Shown: in pieces, positions 24,059 to 37,625 of the stretch
Layout of the letters: every line of letters starts with the position of its first letter
Numbering within the stretch: position 1 is the stretch's first letter
DNA from: Eledone cirrhosa
Lineage: Eukaryota
Assembly: GCA_964016885.1 (NCBI GenBank)
Contig: CAXHJY010000746.1
Location: forward strand, 186,001 to 250,000
Reading direction: 5' to 3'
Length of the DNA stretch: 64,000 bases
The notes under the pieces: generated by a model
Seen by the model: the letters and a program-made list of their open reading frames with translations, nothing else
Told to the model about the DNA's origin: nothing
The model's database searches: none
Position numbers and translations under genes: made by a program

Positions 24059-24268
24059 TTGGCAGTAATCAGTAGAGCATCGGACACCCTGCTTTGTGGT
24101 GTAGAGTTGTGGCCCTTTACATTTCTGAGTTCAAGTCCCGGCATGGTTTGCTTTGCTTTTCGCATTCTTAGTGTCAATAAAATAAAGTACCAGTAATACA
24201 CCGGGGTTGATTTAATAGACTTCCCCTCCCCCAAAATTGCTGGCCTTGTGCCTAAATCAGAAACCATT
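24059..24268 (+). mobile_element. Full-length Nin-type SINE
   Basis: A-box, B-box, core and GCCTTGTGCCTAAATCAGAAAC tail. Confidence 0.85.
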
Positions 24269-24564
24269 GTTATTATTATTGAGCGTGGTGGCAAACAATT
24301 ATGTTACTGTTTGGAACATAACTTAACAAAGGTTCTCACATAAAATTGTGATGGAAGGTATTTAAGAGAAGTATAAACACTAACCCTTTCATTTATATAT
24401 TTTAGAGGGATTTAGTAGCTAACTTTCTCATGATGAAGTTGGTGTCTGGAACATAACTTAACGAAGGTTCTTACATAAAATTAATGTGGGAGATTATTAG
24501 ATAAATATAAACACTTCGAAGCTTCCGAACAAACAGTTTTATGGAACCAGGGGGTTTGTTTTAA

Positions 24565-24768
24565 CCCTTTAGCATTTAAATCAGCCATATCTGGTCATGA
24601 TTCTTTCACCTCTTTCTGTTCAAACCTGCGATAACCAGCCGCTCATACTGATGTTAAGGTATTGTTCACAAAATAATATCAAAATCTTGTAGAGTAATGT
24701 AAATGTTATGTGAGGTAAAGCCTTTACTGTGAAAATACAATAGTATATATAATGTAACTGCTAAAGGG
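24565..24768. mobile_element. piggyBac-type MITE (204 bp)
   Basis: TTAA on both sides; CCCTTTAGCA...TGCTAAAGGG terminal inverted repeats. Confidence 0.85.
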
Positions 24769-25914
24769 TTAAGCAGTTTTCTTTATTTTAATGGTATTTT
24801 AGGGAGATTATTTAAAGTATTTTTTCATGAAGCCCGAGGGGTTGGTTTATACAGTTTTATTTAATTGTATTTGAGGGAGAATTGTTTCTAGCAGTTTTTT
24901 AAAGGGACCCGGAGGGGTTATTTTAAGCAGTTTATGTAACTTGAGGGGTTTTAAGCAGTTTTTTATGGAACCCAGGGTTTATTTTTTTAAGCAATCTTTT
25001 AATGATAATCGAGTAGGGGTTGTTTTAAGCAGTTTTGGGGGTTCTCAAAAGAGCTGAAACCATTTTAGCTGAATTTTTTTTAAATCAATCAATCGATCAA
25101 ATATTTATTTATTTATTTATTTTTTTGTCTTTTTTTTTTATTTTTTATTTTGATTTTGTTTTCATTGATCACTACCGATTTGATTTTCAGGCTGATTGAT
25201 TTTGCTGATCAACAACCTCCTCCTACTACTACTACTACTACTACTAAGTTTCCCACACGACACCACCGCCACCTTTTAAACACCACCACCACCACTACCA
25301 CTATATCATCTACTACTACTGCTACTACTACAGACTGTACCGTCTGTCTGTGCGTTATCGATGATGTTTATATATATATTTTTGTATATGTGCTTATATA
25401 TATATTTATGTGTATATATATATATATTTATATATGTATATATATTTATATATGTATATATATATATATATATATACACAACCCATATTGGGTCCTGTTT
25501 GGATTTTGGTCTTTGTATTTATCATTACTATATATATATATATATATCATTTTTTTTTTTTTTTTTGTTGTAACTTTAGCAAGGAACAAGGCAGTAGTCC
25601 CGCTACTTCTATCTATTTCGATGGTGTTCGGTGTCCGTTGGCAACATTTAGGGTTTTTCGGGGTTAAATTTGGTTAAATTTGTTGAAGAGATGTCGTAAA
25701 AATTCCTGATTTGTGTGGAAACAAAGAGAAAAAAACGGGTTTTCTACATACATGTGTATGTGGTTTTGTCTGTCTGTGTGTTTGTGTTTGTGTGTATATA
25801 TCTGAAAATATATGAAGAACTTATATATATATATATGTATGTATGTATACAAGCTATCCCTCCCGAAAATAATTGTATACACACCTTGATTACCTGTACA
25901 GGCAATATTTATTA

Positions 25915-26150
25915 TTGTGCAGAAGAGAAGACTGCATTGGTATGGACGTGTGATGTGCATGGATGATGACCGCTGGGTGAAGGAGTGCCAGTTTATCCAG
26001 TTCGAAGGAAGGCCACGGATGTGGTGAGAGCTGAGTGTTGAGACTCACAGAGATGATGACGAAGGGCCATGACGAATGGAGAGATGCTGTGCTTAATAAG
26101 ACCCGTCCCACCCTTGCAATCAGCGAAAAGCAAGCGTAAAATGACGACGA
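25915..26150 (+). mobile_element. RTE LINE 3' fragment inserted in a mariner-type MITE
   Basis: VQKRRLHWYGRVM motif, (GAC)n tail, 21-bp target-site duplication CTGTACAGGCAATATTTATTA at 25894-25914 and 26151-26171. Confidence 0.85.
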
Positions 26151-26293
26151 CTGTACAGGCAATATTTATTAGAATTTTGTTGAAGTGTGTATACACCCTT
26201 TCTTTGGGACACCCTGTATATATACATATATATACATATATATATAGAGAGAGAGAGAGACAGTGAGTGTGTATATATCTGAAGATAGATGTG

Positions 26294-26343
<50 letters not shown>

Positions 26344-27267
26344 AGAGAGAGAGGGAGTTTGTGTATATATATATGTGTGTGTGAGAATGTATATATATTC
26401 ATATAACTATGTATAGGGACCGAGTGTATATAACTACATTCAATACTGATCTCAATGTGTATAGAATCCAAATATATTTTATAAAAAAACTTTGTCACCA
26501 GTTTAGCTGGTATAGTATATATATATACTATATATATCTATTACTGTGTATATGTGAGTATGTCTGTGAAGGTATATGTGTGTATATATGCTTATATATA
26601 TATGTGTATGTGTAATGTCTATACATTCATGTATTTTATAATGATGATGATGATGTATGTGTGTATATATATATCGGTGTGTGTATGTGTATATATATAT
26701 ATCGGTGTGTATGTGCATATATATATCTGTGTGTGTGTATGTGCATATATATGTGTGTGTGTGTGCATATATATATATATCTGTGTAGAATGATTCATCA
26801 GTTGTGCTGCCTTCTCTGGGTATTGAACCTCCTGTCACTTCATTCATGGTTGGCTTACCTATTTCTGTATATATATATAGGTATGTATGTATCTATATAC
26901 ATACATACATATATGTATATCTATATATATCATGTATATTATATATATACGTGTGTATATATCATTATATATATTCATTCTGTCGTAACTCCACTGTTTA
27001 TGCTCCAAATATAATTAAACATACATGGCACTCCAGAGAATTGAACCTGTGACCAACAGAAGTCTCCTAGTTTGTAAACATGTAACTGAAACAACAAATT
27101 AGGGGTCTTTGCCCCCTTTTATATTTGTATTGTAAGGATTTAGGAATCTCTTGTGTATTATTTATTATATATATGTGTGTCTCTGTATATATATTTATAG
27201 ATACACATATAAAGGTTTATGTATGTAGAAAATATATATATGTATGTAGAAAATATATATATATATG

Positions 27268-27298
<31 letters not shown>

Positions 27299-28449
27299 AT
27301 CTATATATATATATATATATATAGGCATGTATATACGTGTGTATAAATATATATATATATACATGTGTATGTATTTATATATATGCATTTATGTATGTGT
27401 ACATACTTATATATACTTATTTATATATATATTTATATATATATATATGTATTTATACATGTATATATATATATATGTTAATTAAGATTATTGTTTAATG
27501 AAAACACTATTAATACTCCTACACCATGTCTTGTGTATATATAAATGTGTATATATATATATATATACTTGCTCAGAATGATCTTAATATATATTTGTGT
27601 ATATAATATTTATAATGTATGTATATATTTGCTGTTAGTAATCTTAATGTATATAATTTGTGTATATATAATATATATGATGTATATATCTAATATATAT
27701 GATGTATATATCTAATATATATATGTGTGTATATATAATTTATTTAAAAAGCTTTTTTCTCGTTGGAATTCCAGAGTTCTTCAACCTTGAAACTGACTTT
27801 GATATTGTTGTTGTTGTTGTTGTTGTTGTTGTTATACTGCATAGAGTTACGCCCCTTTACGTTTCTGAGCTCAAATCCTGCCGAGGTTAACTTTGCCTTT
27901 CATCCTTACAGAGATCGATAAAATAAAGTACCAGTAACACACTGGGGTCCGTTTAATTGACTTTCTCCTCTCAAAAAAAAAAAAAAACCATTAAAGGCGG
28001 TGGATTGGTAGAATCGGTAGAGCGTCGGACACCTTGCTTTGATACACTGGGGTCGATTTAATCGACTTTCCCCTTCCCCCAAATTGCTGGCCTTGTGCCT
28101 AAATCAGGAACCATCATTATTATTATTATTATTATGTAAATGTTGGTTATTAACCCTCTTCAGCTGTTTCAACAGAGGTCAGGTTTAAAATATTTTAAGG
28201 GTCAAATTGTTCCAAATTTTTTAGTGGTCAAACTGTTCCAATGTTTTTAGGGTTCAAATTGTTCAAAATTTTTTAGGGGTCAAATTGTACCAAATTTTTA
28301 AATTGTCTTTTCTTTTCTTTTTTTCCGAGAAGGATTTTGTTTTTATTTTTGTCTTATATTTTTTTTTTTTTCAACAAATTTATGTATTTTTCTGATTTTT
28401 AAAAAAACTTTTTACTGTAAATTACTTAAATTTGTAACGAATCTCAGCA

Positions 28450-28502
<53 letters not shown>

Positions 28503-28560
28503 ATATATACGCAGCCGTAATTAAAAACAAAATATGGTCATTTATATTATTTATATTATT

Positions 28561-28614
<54 letters not shown>

Positions 28615-28778
28615 TTTAGTCGTGGTAGTTAGACCAAGAAAGACCTAGGCAGAGGTTGTAGAGAGATGAAGTCAAATCACTGAGGATCACGACATGTGGA
28701 GAGATGCTGTGCTAAGGAGCTGTCCAACCCATGAAAATGTGGAAAAGCGGACATAAAGATGATGATGATATCTATATG

Positions 28779-28815
<37 letters not shown>

Positions 28816-28947
28816 ATCGTTAAACCACGAGATAATTTTCTCTTTCGAAAATTTCAATGGTGGAGATCAGATCGGGGAATTTGTTCTGATACTGAGGGAG
28901 TTTCTTGACAAGTTTTCAAATATTTTGTTGTTTATCCTCCCACTATA

Positions 28948-29018
<71 letters not shown>

Positions 29019-30227
29019 GGAGAAAGAGATATAAGACTAAAAAATGCAAAATAGAAGGCAAGATGAAGATCACGGAAAAGTAAGTTACCTGTTAATCTTT
29101 GTTTTGTTTTTGTTGTTGCTGTCCTAATATTTCAGGACTTAAATCCCCTTCTTCAGAGCATAAGGAACTTTCAGCAACAACAACAACAAAAAAAAAAACA
29201 GAACAAAGATAACCAGGTAACTTACTTTTCCGTTACCTGCGTCTTACCTTCCGGTTTAGTCTTCTTACATATATCTCTTTTCCACTTTATCATACACAAT
29301 GCTTCATGCACACTACATTTTATTATATTTATATACACACACACACCTTGCATCCTTTCTCTTATTCTATAGCCTGGTCTAAGCTACAAATACTATGTCT
29401 AAATATTTATTTTTATACACTTATTTAAACACATTACATATCAAACCCTTCACACACTTTTTTTGCGGTTCTTGATTTTGTTTTTAAGCCTTTTTTATTT
29501 ATTTATTTGAATACCCTATTTATTTTATTTTATTTTATTTTATTTTTTTAAATTAATTAATTAAAACCTGCTGATAACAAAATATTCTACATTTTATTAA
29601 AGGCTTGTAATATTTTTTCCCCTTTTATTTCGAACCTGACAAAAACCAGTTCTGCTTCTATGAAATAAAACCACCCATTTTAAAGAGTCCCTATTTAAAT
29701 TAAAACCCTTACATTAAGTTACTATCTTAGTAATGAAATAATTAATAATTTTAGTAAATCCCTCAAAACTCATTAATTATTTGAAATACAGGGTTCCTAT
29801 TTAAAAAATCTTCCAATATAATTATATATAAGAACCTTACATTAAGTCAATAATGAAATAATTAATAATTTTAATAAACCCTCAAAATTCTTTATTAATT
29901 AATTGAAATACAGGGTCCTATTTAAATTAAAATCTTCCAACATAATTTTATAAAGAAATAATAATTTTAATAAATCCTTCAAAATTCATTAATTAATTAA
30001 AATTAAGGTCTTCCATAAGAATTAAATGCAATGAAATAATAATTTTTGTAAATCCCTAAAATTTTTTAATTAATTAATTAATTGAAATAAATTTTAATTT
30101 GTAAAAAATATGACCACAAATTCGTTAAAGACATTCGTTTGTTAATTGTTTTATGTGGAATATTTTATATATTATCTAATTATCTCTGGCCTCTGTTTAA
30201 TGTCTGAAGCTGGGGGTTTTCTAACTC

Positions 30228-30720
30228 TCCACATGTAGGGAATAATGTTACATTTCTCAACATGTGGAAGAGACACGTGTGTTTACTTTCGAAAAAAACA
30301 TGTAGTAAATGTTGTTTGTTCTCCAACATGTAGGGAAATATATATTTGTTTAACATATAAGGAATTAATGTTTTGCTTATGAAACATGTAGGGAAATGTA
30401 TGTTTACTTCTGGACATGTAGTAAATGTGTTTGCCTTTTCGACATGTAGGAGAAAATGTTTGTTTTAACATGTAAAGAATAATGTTTTGTTTCTCAACAT
30501 GTAGGGAATAATATGCTTTACTTCTCAGCATGTAGGACAATGTGTTTTTGCTCTTCGACATGTGGGAAATCTGTTTTCCTTTTCAACATGTAGGAAATGT
30601 TTATTTAACGTGTAACGAATAATGTTTCGTTTTTTTTTTCGACATGTAGGGGAAAATGTGTTCATTCTTCAACATGTGGGGAATTATTTGTTTATTTCTG
30701 AACATGTGGGAAATAAGCTT
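30228..30720. repeat. Degenerate ~29-bp tandem array centred on ACATGT(A/G)
   Basis: About 17 units of the CAACATGTAGG(G)AA type. Confidence 0.8.
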
Positions 30721-32004
30721 TGTACATTTATTTATCTCTCGTGCGTTTTAAATGTTTGTGTGTCTACCACATGACAATACATGTTCCCTGGCCCTGATTA
30801 TTGTGTAAACGAACTACATTATCTTTCAGCTGACTACTCGGCCATGACCATCCCTGTTCAATGTACAAGTCTCTCCAGTTTTGCTAATGTTGTTAATAAT
30901 AATTATGATTATAATGAATTGAACTGACTGTAAATTGAACCCTGATGTAACGAGCTTAATTGTATATTGTTGTTGCTAATGAAGGATTTCTTCACTTCAC
31001 CACTGCGGCACACACACACCTACCTACCTACCCACACATCGCCACATCTGACTGGTGTCTGAAGCAAGTGTCTACCCAGCCCTGACCAATATCTTCAGTG
31101 TAGTCTACCTGCAGCCCCACAAAATGGACTGACTTGTTTCCATGAAGCTGCAGACACTGGGATATCACATCACATAAAACAACCGTCGACTTCCTAAAAT
31201 GTTTCTCTCCTTATATGGACATATATATATATATTCCCCCCCCCCCCCCCCCCCCACCTGCTTCGAATGAACGCTGGATAATATTTATGGTGGAGTGGTG
31301 TATATCATGAGGTGTGCCGTCAGTGAAGTTAAAGGCAGAATATATATCATAAATGCTTTCTTGTTTCAGCTGACAACTGTGTTGTATACATACCAAAGGT
31401 GTAATAGTGATGACGTTACCAGGTTTTGATGTTGTTTGTCAGAACATTTAAGGCTATGTTGATGTAAAGCACACACATTCCAAAGACTTAGAGGACTTCA
31501 CAGCACCAACATTCCTGTGCTTTGTTTATTTTGTATTTGTGATTATTCTAGGATTATTTATTGTTCTAACTGCAGCTATGTATTGAGAAGCCTGCGACAC
31601 GGTTTCAATTTCAACTCCAAGTTTCATTTCTATGTATCAGACTCTCTTATTTGTCAGGCCTTATGTTCACGGACTACATATATATATGTGTGTGTGTGTG
31701 TGTGTTTGTCATACACACACGCCTGCACATTCAACATTGAAATTGTACTGTATGTATATTGATATAACATATTAAGGTGTATATATATGTATGTGTGCTT
31801 ATATATTTATATATATCAACCAGCATGTATATATAATTGATGTAAATATTGTTTCTGTAATTTCAATGGTTTCTTTGTCAATCTTAAATACAATTCTTTA
31901 ATTTCAGAGAAGTTTAACTGTTTGTAATTACACCAAAGACATTTTTACAGGACTTTACTATTATTACTATCATTATTATTATTATTACTATTATTATTAT
32001 TATT

Positions 32005-32250
32005 TAAAACCTCCTTTGAGTTCTGCTTCTTTCCAAATCATGTCGTGTGTCACCCTGACACCTGAGGAGGCAAAATTTGATAATACACACATTTTACAAT
32101 TGTCACATAAATGATGCCACAAGAAGGACACAAACAACAGTAAATGTCTTCTTTGGAAGGTATTTAAATTGATAAAGCTGCCCTTAGGATATGGACAGTA
32201 CCAGTCAGCACTATTTTCTGTGTCCCTTGCAGAGATGGCTTTCCAGGTAT
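32005..32250 (-). mobile_element. 3' end of an R4/Dong-like RLE LINE next to (TTA)n; another copy at 39200-39480
   Basis: Same sequence as the 3' end of the 59680-63500 element. Confidence 0.7.
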
Positions 32251-32299
32251 TCAGTTCTATTAGTATTATTTATAACACTTCTGCTCTGGCAGATGTTAT

Positions 32300-32610
32300 A
32301 CCGACACCAGAACAGTTCCCATGACTTTCGGAAACATTTTTTCATGCTAAGAGTTGCTGAAGCATGGAACAAACTATCTGCATCAGTTGTTAGCTGCTGG
32401 GACACTGCTTCCTGAAATTCACCAACACCACACCACACCTGATATTCCTCCTCTATACACGCGCGCACATGTATCTGTGTGTATATCATGACTCGTTCAC
32501 TGTTTACTTTCCTGACATTTGTACATTATTCTATGTACTATACATGCATCTTTGATGAGTTGTAGTGCACCTGAGCACTGTACACAATAATTTCATTATT
32601 ATTATTATTA
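32300..32610 (+). mobile_element. CR1/L2-type LINE 3' fragment
   Basis: FRKHFFMLRVAEAWNKLSASVV thumb motif; tail ending in (ATT)n. Confidence 0.7.
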
Positions 32611-33759
32611 TACCAAAAGAGTGAGGCTTAGCCAATGGCCCAAAGGTCATGTGTCATTCCATCTCCTTCAACTTTCCAACGCCCTTTCTTCATAATCCTT
32701 GTTGTTCCCAGCAACAATCCTGTCATTGTAAAAGTGGTGGATTGGCAGAAATCAGTAGAGTGTCACACAACATGCTTTGTGTCATATAGTTACAGCCCTT
32801 TACATTCTAACTTCAAAATCCCGCCGAGGTTAACTTTTCATCCTCACGGGATTGATAAAATAATGTACCAGTGATACACTGGGTCGATTTAATCGACTTT
32901 CTCCTCCCTTCAATTTGCTGGCCTTGTGCCTAAAGTAGAAACAATTATTTTTATTATTACCATTGTTTTTTGTTATTGTTTTGAATTTTTTTTTTTTTTT
33001 TTTTGGTGTGTAAATTTACGCATTGCTGTGTAATCGCGTTTGTCTTAAGGCATTGTACATAACTCATGATTTGATCCTCTGTATCTTAGCAGCCGATAAC
33101 TACATTTTTTTTCTTTGTTGTATGTCTACATTCCTTAAATGTATCTCTGTATACACACACACATATATATGTGTATATATATATTATATATGTGTATATA
33201 TATATATATATATGTATGTGTATATATATATATTATATATATTGTGTCTATATATATGTGTAGATATACATTATTTATATGTTTGTATATAAATGATTAC
33301 TTGGTATAAATTTGTAAACAAAAGCCAGCACCCCAAAACTAATGAACTCTCAACTAAGAATCTCCTGTTAACCATTCGACCGTGCTAACTATAATACCAG
33401 TTATACTACAGGGGAACAACACTACCACCATGAACTCAACCACCTTAAGTATCCTGTTTTTGTTACTACTGTACTGAATATAGTCATTCCATCCTTGTAT
33501 AATCTCATGTTTTTGTGTATTAATGATAAATTATTGTATATTTGCAGCCCCTGATGTGTATAGCTGTTAACTCTTAACATCCTGTTCCACATTAAACCAC
33601 ATTATCAAGATTTTCTTCAAAAGTACAAAACAACACTATAACTATATTGCATTAAGTATTAATTTTCACAACAATCTATCCAACCAGTAAAGATACTATA
33701 AACATTTAGTACAAAACAACACTATGACTACATCACATTAAATATAAAACCTTTGTTTG

Positions 33760-34630
33760 GTACTAAATATTTATAGTATCTTTACTGGTGTACTAAATAT
33801 TTATAGTATCTTTACTGGTGTACTAAATATTTATAGTATCTTTACTGGTGTACTAAATATTTATAGTATCTTTACTGGTGGACTAAATATTTATAGTATC
33901 TTTACTAGCGGACTAAATGTTTATAGTATCTTTACTGGTGTACTAAATATTTATAGTATCTTTACTGGTGTACTAAATATTTATAGTATCTTTACTGGTG
34001 TACTAAATATTTATAGTATCTTTACTGGTGGACTAAATATTTATAGTATCTTTACTAGCGGACTAAATGTTTATAGTATCTTTACTGGTGTACTAAATAT
34101 TTATAGTATCTTTACTGGTGGACTAAATATTTATAGTATCTTTACTGGTGTACTAAATATTTATAGTATCTTTACTGGTGTACTAAATATTTATAGTATC
34201 TTTACTGGTGTACTAAATATTTATAGTATCTTTACTGGTGGACTAAATATTTATAGTATCTTTACTAGCGGACTAAATGTTTATAGTATCTTTACTGGTG
34301 TACTAAATATTTATAGTATCTTTACTGGTGGACTAAATATTTATAGTATCTTTACTGGTAGACTAAATGTTTATAGTATCTTTACTGGTGGACTAAATAT
34401 TTATAGTATCTTTACTGGTGGACTAAATATTTATAGTATCTTTACTGGTGGACTAAATATTTATAGTATCTTTACTGGTGTACTAAATATTTATAATATC
34501 TTTACTGGTGGACTAAATGTTTATAGTATCTTTACTGGTGGACTAAATATTTATAGTATCTTTACTGGTGGACTAAATATTTATAGTATCTTTACTGGTG
34601 GACTAAATGTTTATAGTATCTTTACTGGTT
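33760..34630. repeat. 30-bp satellite, about 29 copies
   Basis: TACTAAATATTTATAGTATCTTTACTGGTG units; reverse complement of part of the 106-bp unit. Confidence 0.95.
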
Positions 34631-35002
34631 TTCTGATTGTTGTGAACATTTACAGTAAAGACTTTAATATTTAATGTGATGTAATCATAGTGTTGTTTTC
34701 TACTAAATGTTTATAGTATCTTTCAACACAAGATTTCATATATAAAATCTTGATGAACAAATACATCGCCATTTTAAAAAATCATTTCTACAGGATTTTA
34801 AGAGTTAACTAACAAACATATTTCTATAATTGTATCCCTCAAATGTTCGTTAAAGAGATGATATTCTATATGTTGATTAATTAATGTTAGGATTTTATGT
34901 ATTAATTAATATATTATTAATATTGATGTTGTTAATTAGAGTAGCAAGATGATTCATCTTGATTTGATGTATAGAGAAGAAAATTCTTTATAAATTTGTC
35001 TT

Positions 35003-35038
<36 letters not shown>

Positions 35039-35181
35039 TATGTATGGTATTTGTTATTTGTGACATAATGGCATACATACATACACCCACTCATGTATAT
35101 CTGTATATATATTTATATATATATATATATATGTGTGTGTGTATATATATGTGTGAATATATGTATGTGTGTGTGTATATA

Positions 35182-35228
<47 letters not shown>

Positions 35229-35256
35229 ATATATATATATATATCTGTATTTGTAT

Positions 35257-35288
<32 letters not shown>

Positions 35289-36009
35289 CTCTGTATATAT
35301 ATATATATACATGTATATTTATATATATATCTGTATATATATTTATATATATATCTGTATATATATATATATCTATATATACTTGTATATATATATATAT
35401 ATACATGTATATATATATATCTGTATATATATATATGTATGTATGTGTCCAGTATTGTAATGCATGAAATGCCCTTGTGTTGAAGTGGGCAGCACTAACC
35501 ATATATGGTATTGTAGTCTTCAGGGACCAGAGACCACATCAATAAGGCTCTCGACTCTTTTATTAGGCTTAAATTCGGGGGTTTCATGGACCCTGTTCTC
35601 TTAAAGACCTTAAATTGTCTTCTGTTTAGGTAATGTAAAAGAATATTTCTTGTGTATCCGTATATATATATATGTATGTGTGTGTGTGTTTGTGTTTGTG
35701 TATATAAATGTGAATGTGTAAATGTGTACGTAGTGTGTGTGTTTGTGCATATATATATATATGTGTCTGTGAATGTGAAAATGTGTGCATATATATATAT
35801 ATATATATGTGTGTGTGTTGGTCTATTTATAAGTATGTGTGTGTATGTAAATACGAAAGTGTGTGTGTGTCCGACAATTGTGAATGTATATATGTGAAAG
35901 TGTGTGTGTGTATATATACATTATATATGTCTGTCTTCTATAATTCGTGTATATATGTGTGTGTACACCATTAACAGATTTTCATTCTCAGTATATAAGC
36001 TGTATATAT

Positions 36010-36365
<356 letters not shown>

Positions 36366-37340
36366 GTCTATCTAAAATATCTTGGATCTGATGAACTAAA
36401 TCTTGACATACCATTTCCACTGTCACCCCTTCTCTCTGTGTGTCTCTGTAGCTTCCAGCTGCCGGTGTCCTAGCATTAATTGTTAAATATGTCCGGCTTG
36501 TCTTTCTTCACTGATAGAAATTTGTGTATTTATTTATTTTTATATTTATGTATTTTTTTTTTTGTTTTTGTTTTGATGTAAACTTGTATATTTTACACCA
36601 CAACACCGCACCACTACACCATCACCACTATACCGCACTACACTACACCAACACCACAACACACTGCCATTTTACCTCACCATAGCACAACACAACACCA
36701 CCACTACATCATCACCATCAACACTATCACTACACCACCACCACCATCACTGTTTAATGTTTAATTTCTAGGCTTGCATGGGTTTGACAGGTCAAGTGAC
36801 CATGTCTGTCTTGTTTTGTATTGTGTGCTCCATTGTGGCTTTGTTTCTATGGCTGGATGCCCTTCCTGTCTACTAAAGCTTTAGCTGTAAATAACCCCCT
36901 TTTTTTTATCAGATCAGATGAATAGACCCACCCCCGCAAGTGTGTTCGTCTGTCTGTGTCAAGACATATCAACCCCCTCTTTTTTTTAGTTGCCTCTTCC
37001 CAAAGTGGGTTCCGCAAAGGAGTGTCTGGGGTCCCAAGAAAAAAGGTTGAGGAGTATATTTATATTAGGACCATATAACAGTATTAGACTTTGGGGTTAC
37101 CCCCAAAAGTTTTTTAACCAAAAAGGGTTGCGTGTTTGAAAAAAGTTTGGGAAACCCTGATCTATATTAATCTAATCTGGTCTGTCTCTGCCACCCTCAT
37201 GGCTGAGGGTCAGAAACCATAGACTGTTGCACCAAACACTAGTCCATATGATTCTGTATGTCTACAATTCTAAACACCATGAATCTGTCTTATTTATAAT
37301 TTATCAAAAAAAACAAATATGTATTAAGTTAGTTTGGTAT

Positions 37341-37625
37341 CCACTCCAGGTAGAGCTGCTACTTCTCTGAATTGAGAGATCACAGCTCTGATACTATGGA
37401 CATGTGGTTAGAATGTCTCAGGAAAGAATCTCTGGAGAGTCACTCCAGGTAGAGCTGCTACTTCTCTGAATTAAGGGACCACAGCTCTGATACTATGGAC
37501 ATGTGGTTAGAATGTCTCAGGAAAGAATCACTGGAGAGTCACTCCAGGTAGAGCTGCTACTTCTCTGAATTGAGGGACCACAGCGCCGATACTATGGACA
37601 TGTGGTTAGAATGTCTCAGGAAAAA
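37341..37625. repeat. About 99-bp tandem repeat x3 upstream of a piggyBac-type terminal repeat (ATTTAAATGCTAAAGGGTTAA near 37700)
   Basis: CACTCCAGGTAGAGCTGCTACTTCTCTG units. Confidence 0.88.

Larger units (their letters stand above)
23380..25190 (+). other. Probable intron in the CPSF6 3'UTR
   Basis: GTAAGT donor 54 nt after the stop; T-rich tract and TTTTCAG acceptor ending at 25190. Confidence 0.65.

Noticed and set aside
33757-34674. 305-aa ORF of repeated LNIYSIFTG
   Set aside because: 30-bp satellite that happens to lack a stop in one frame
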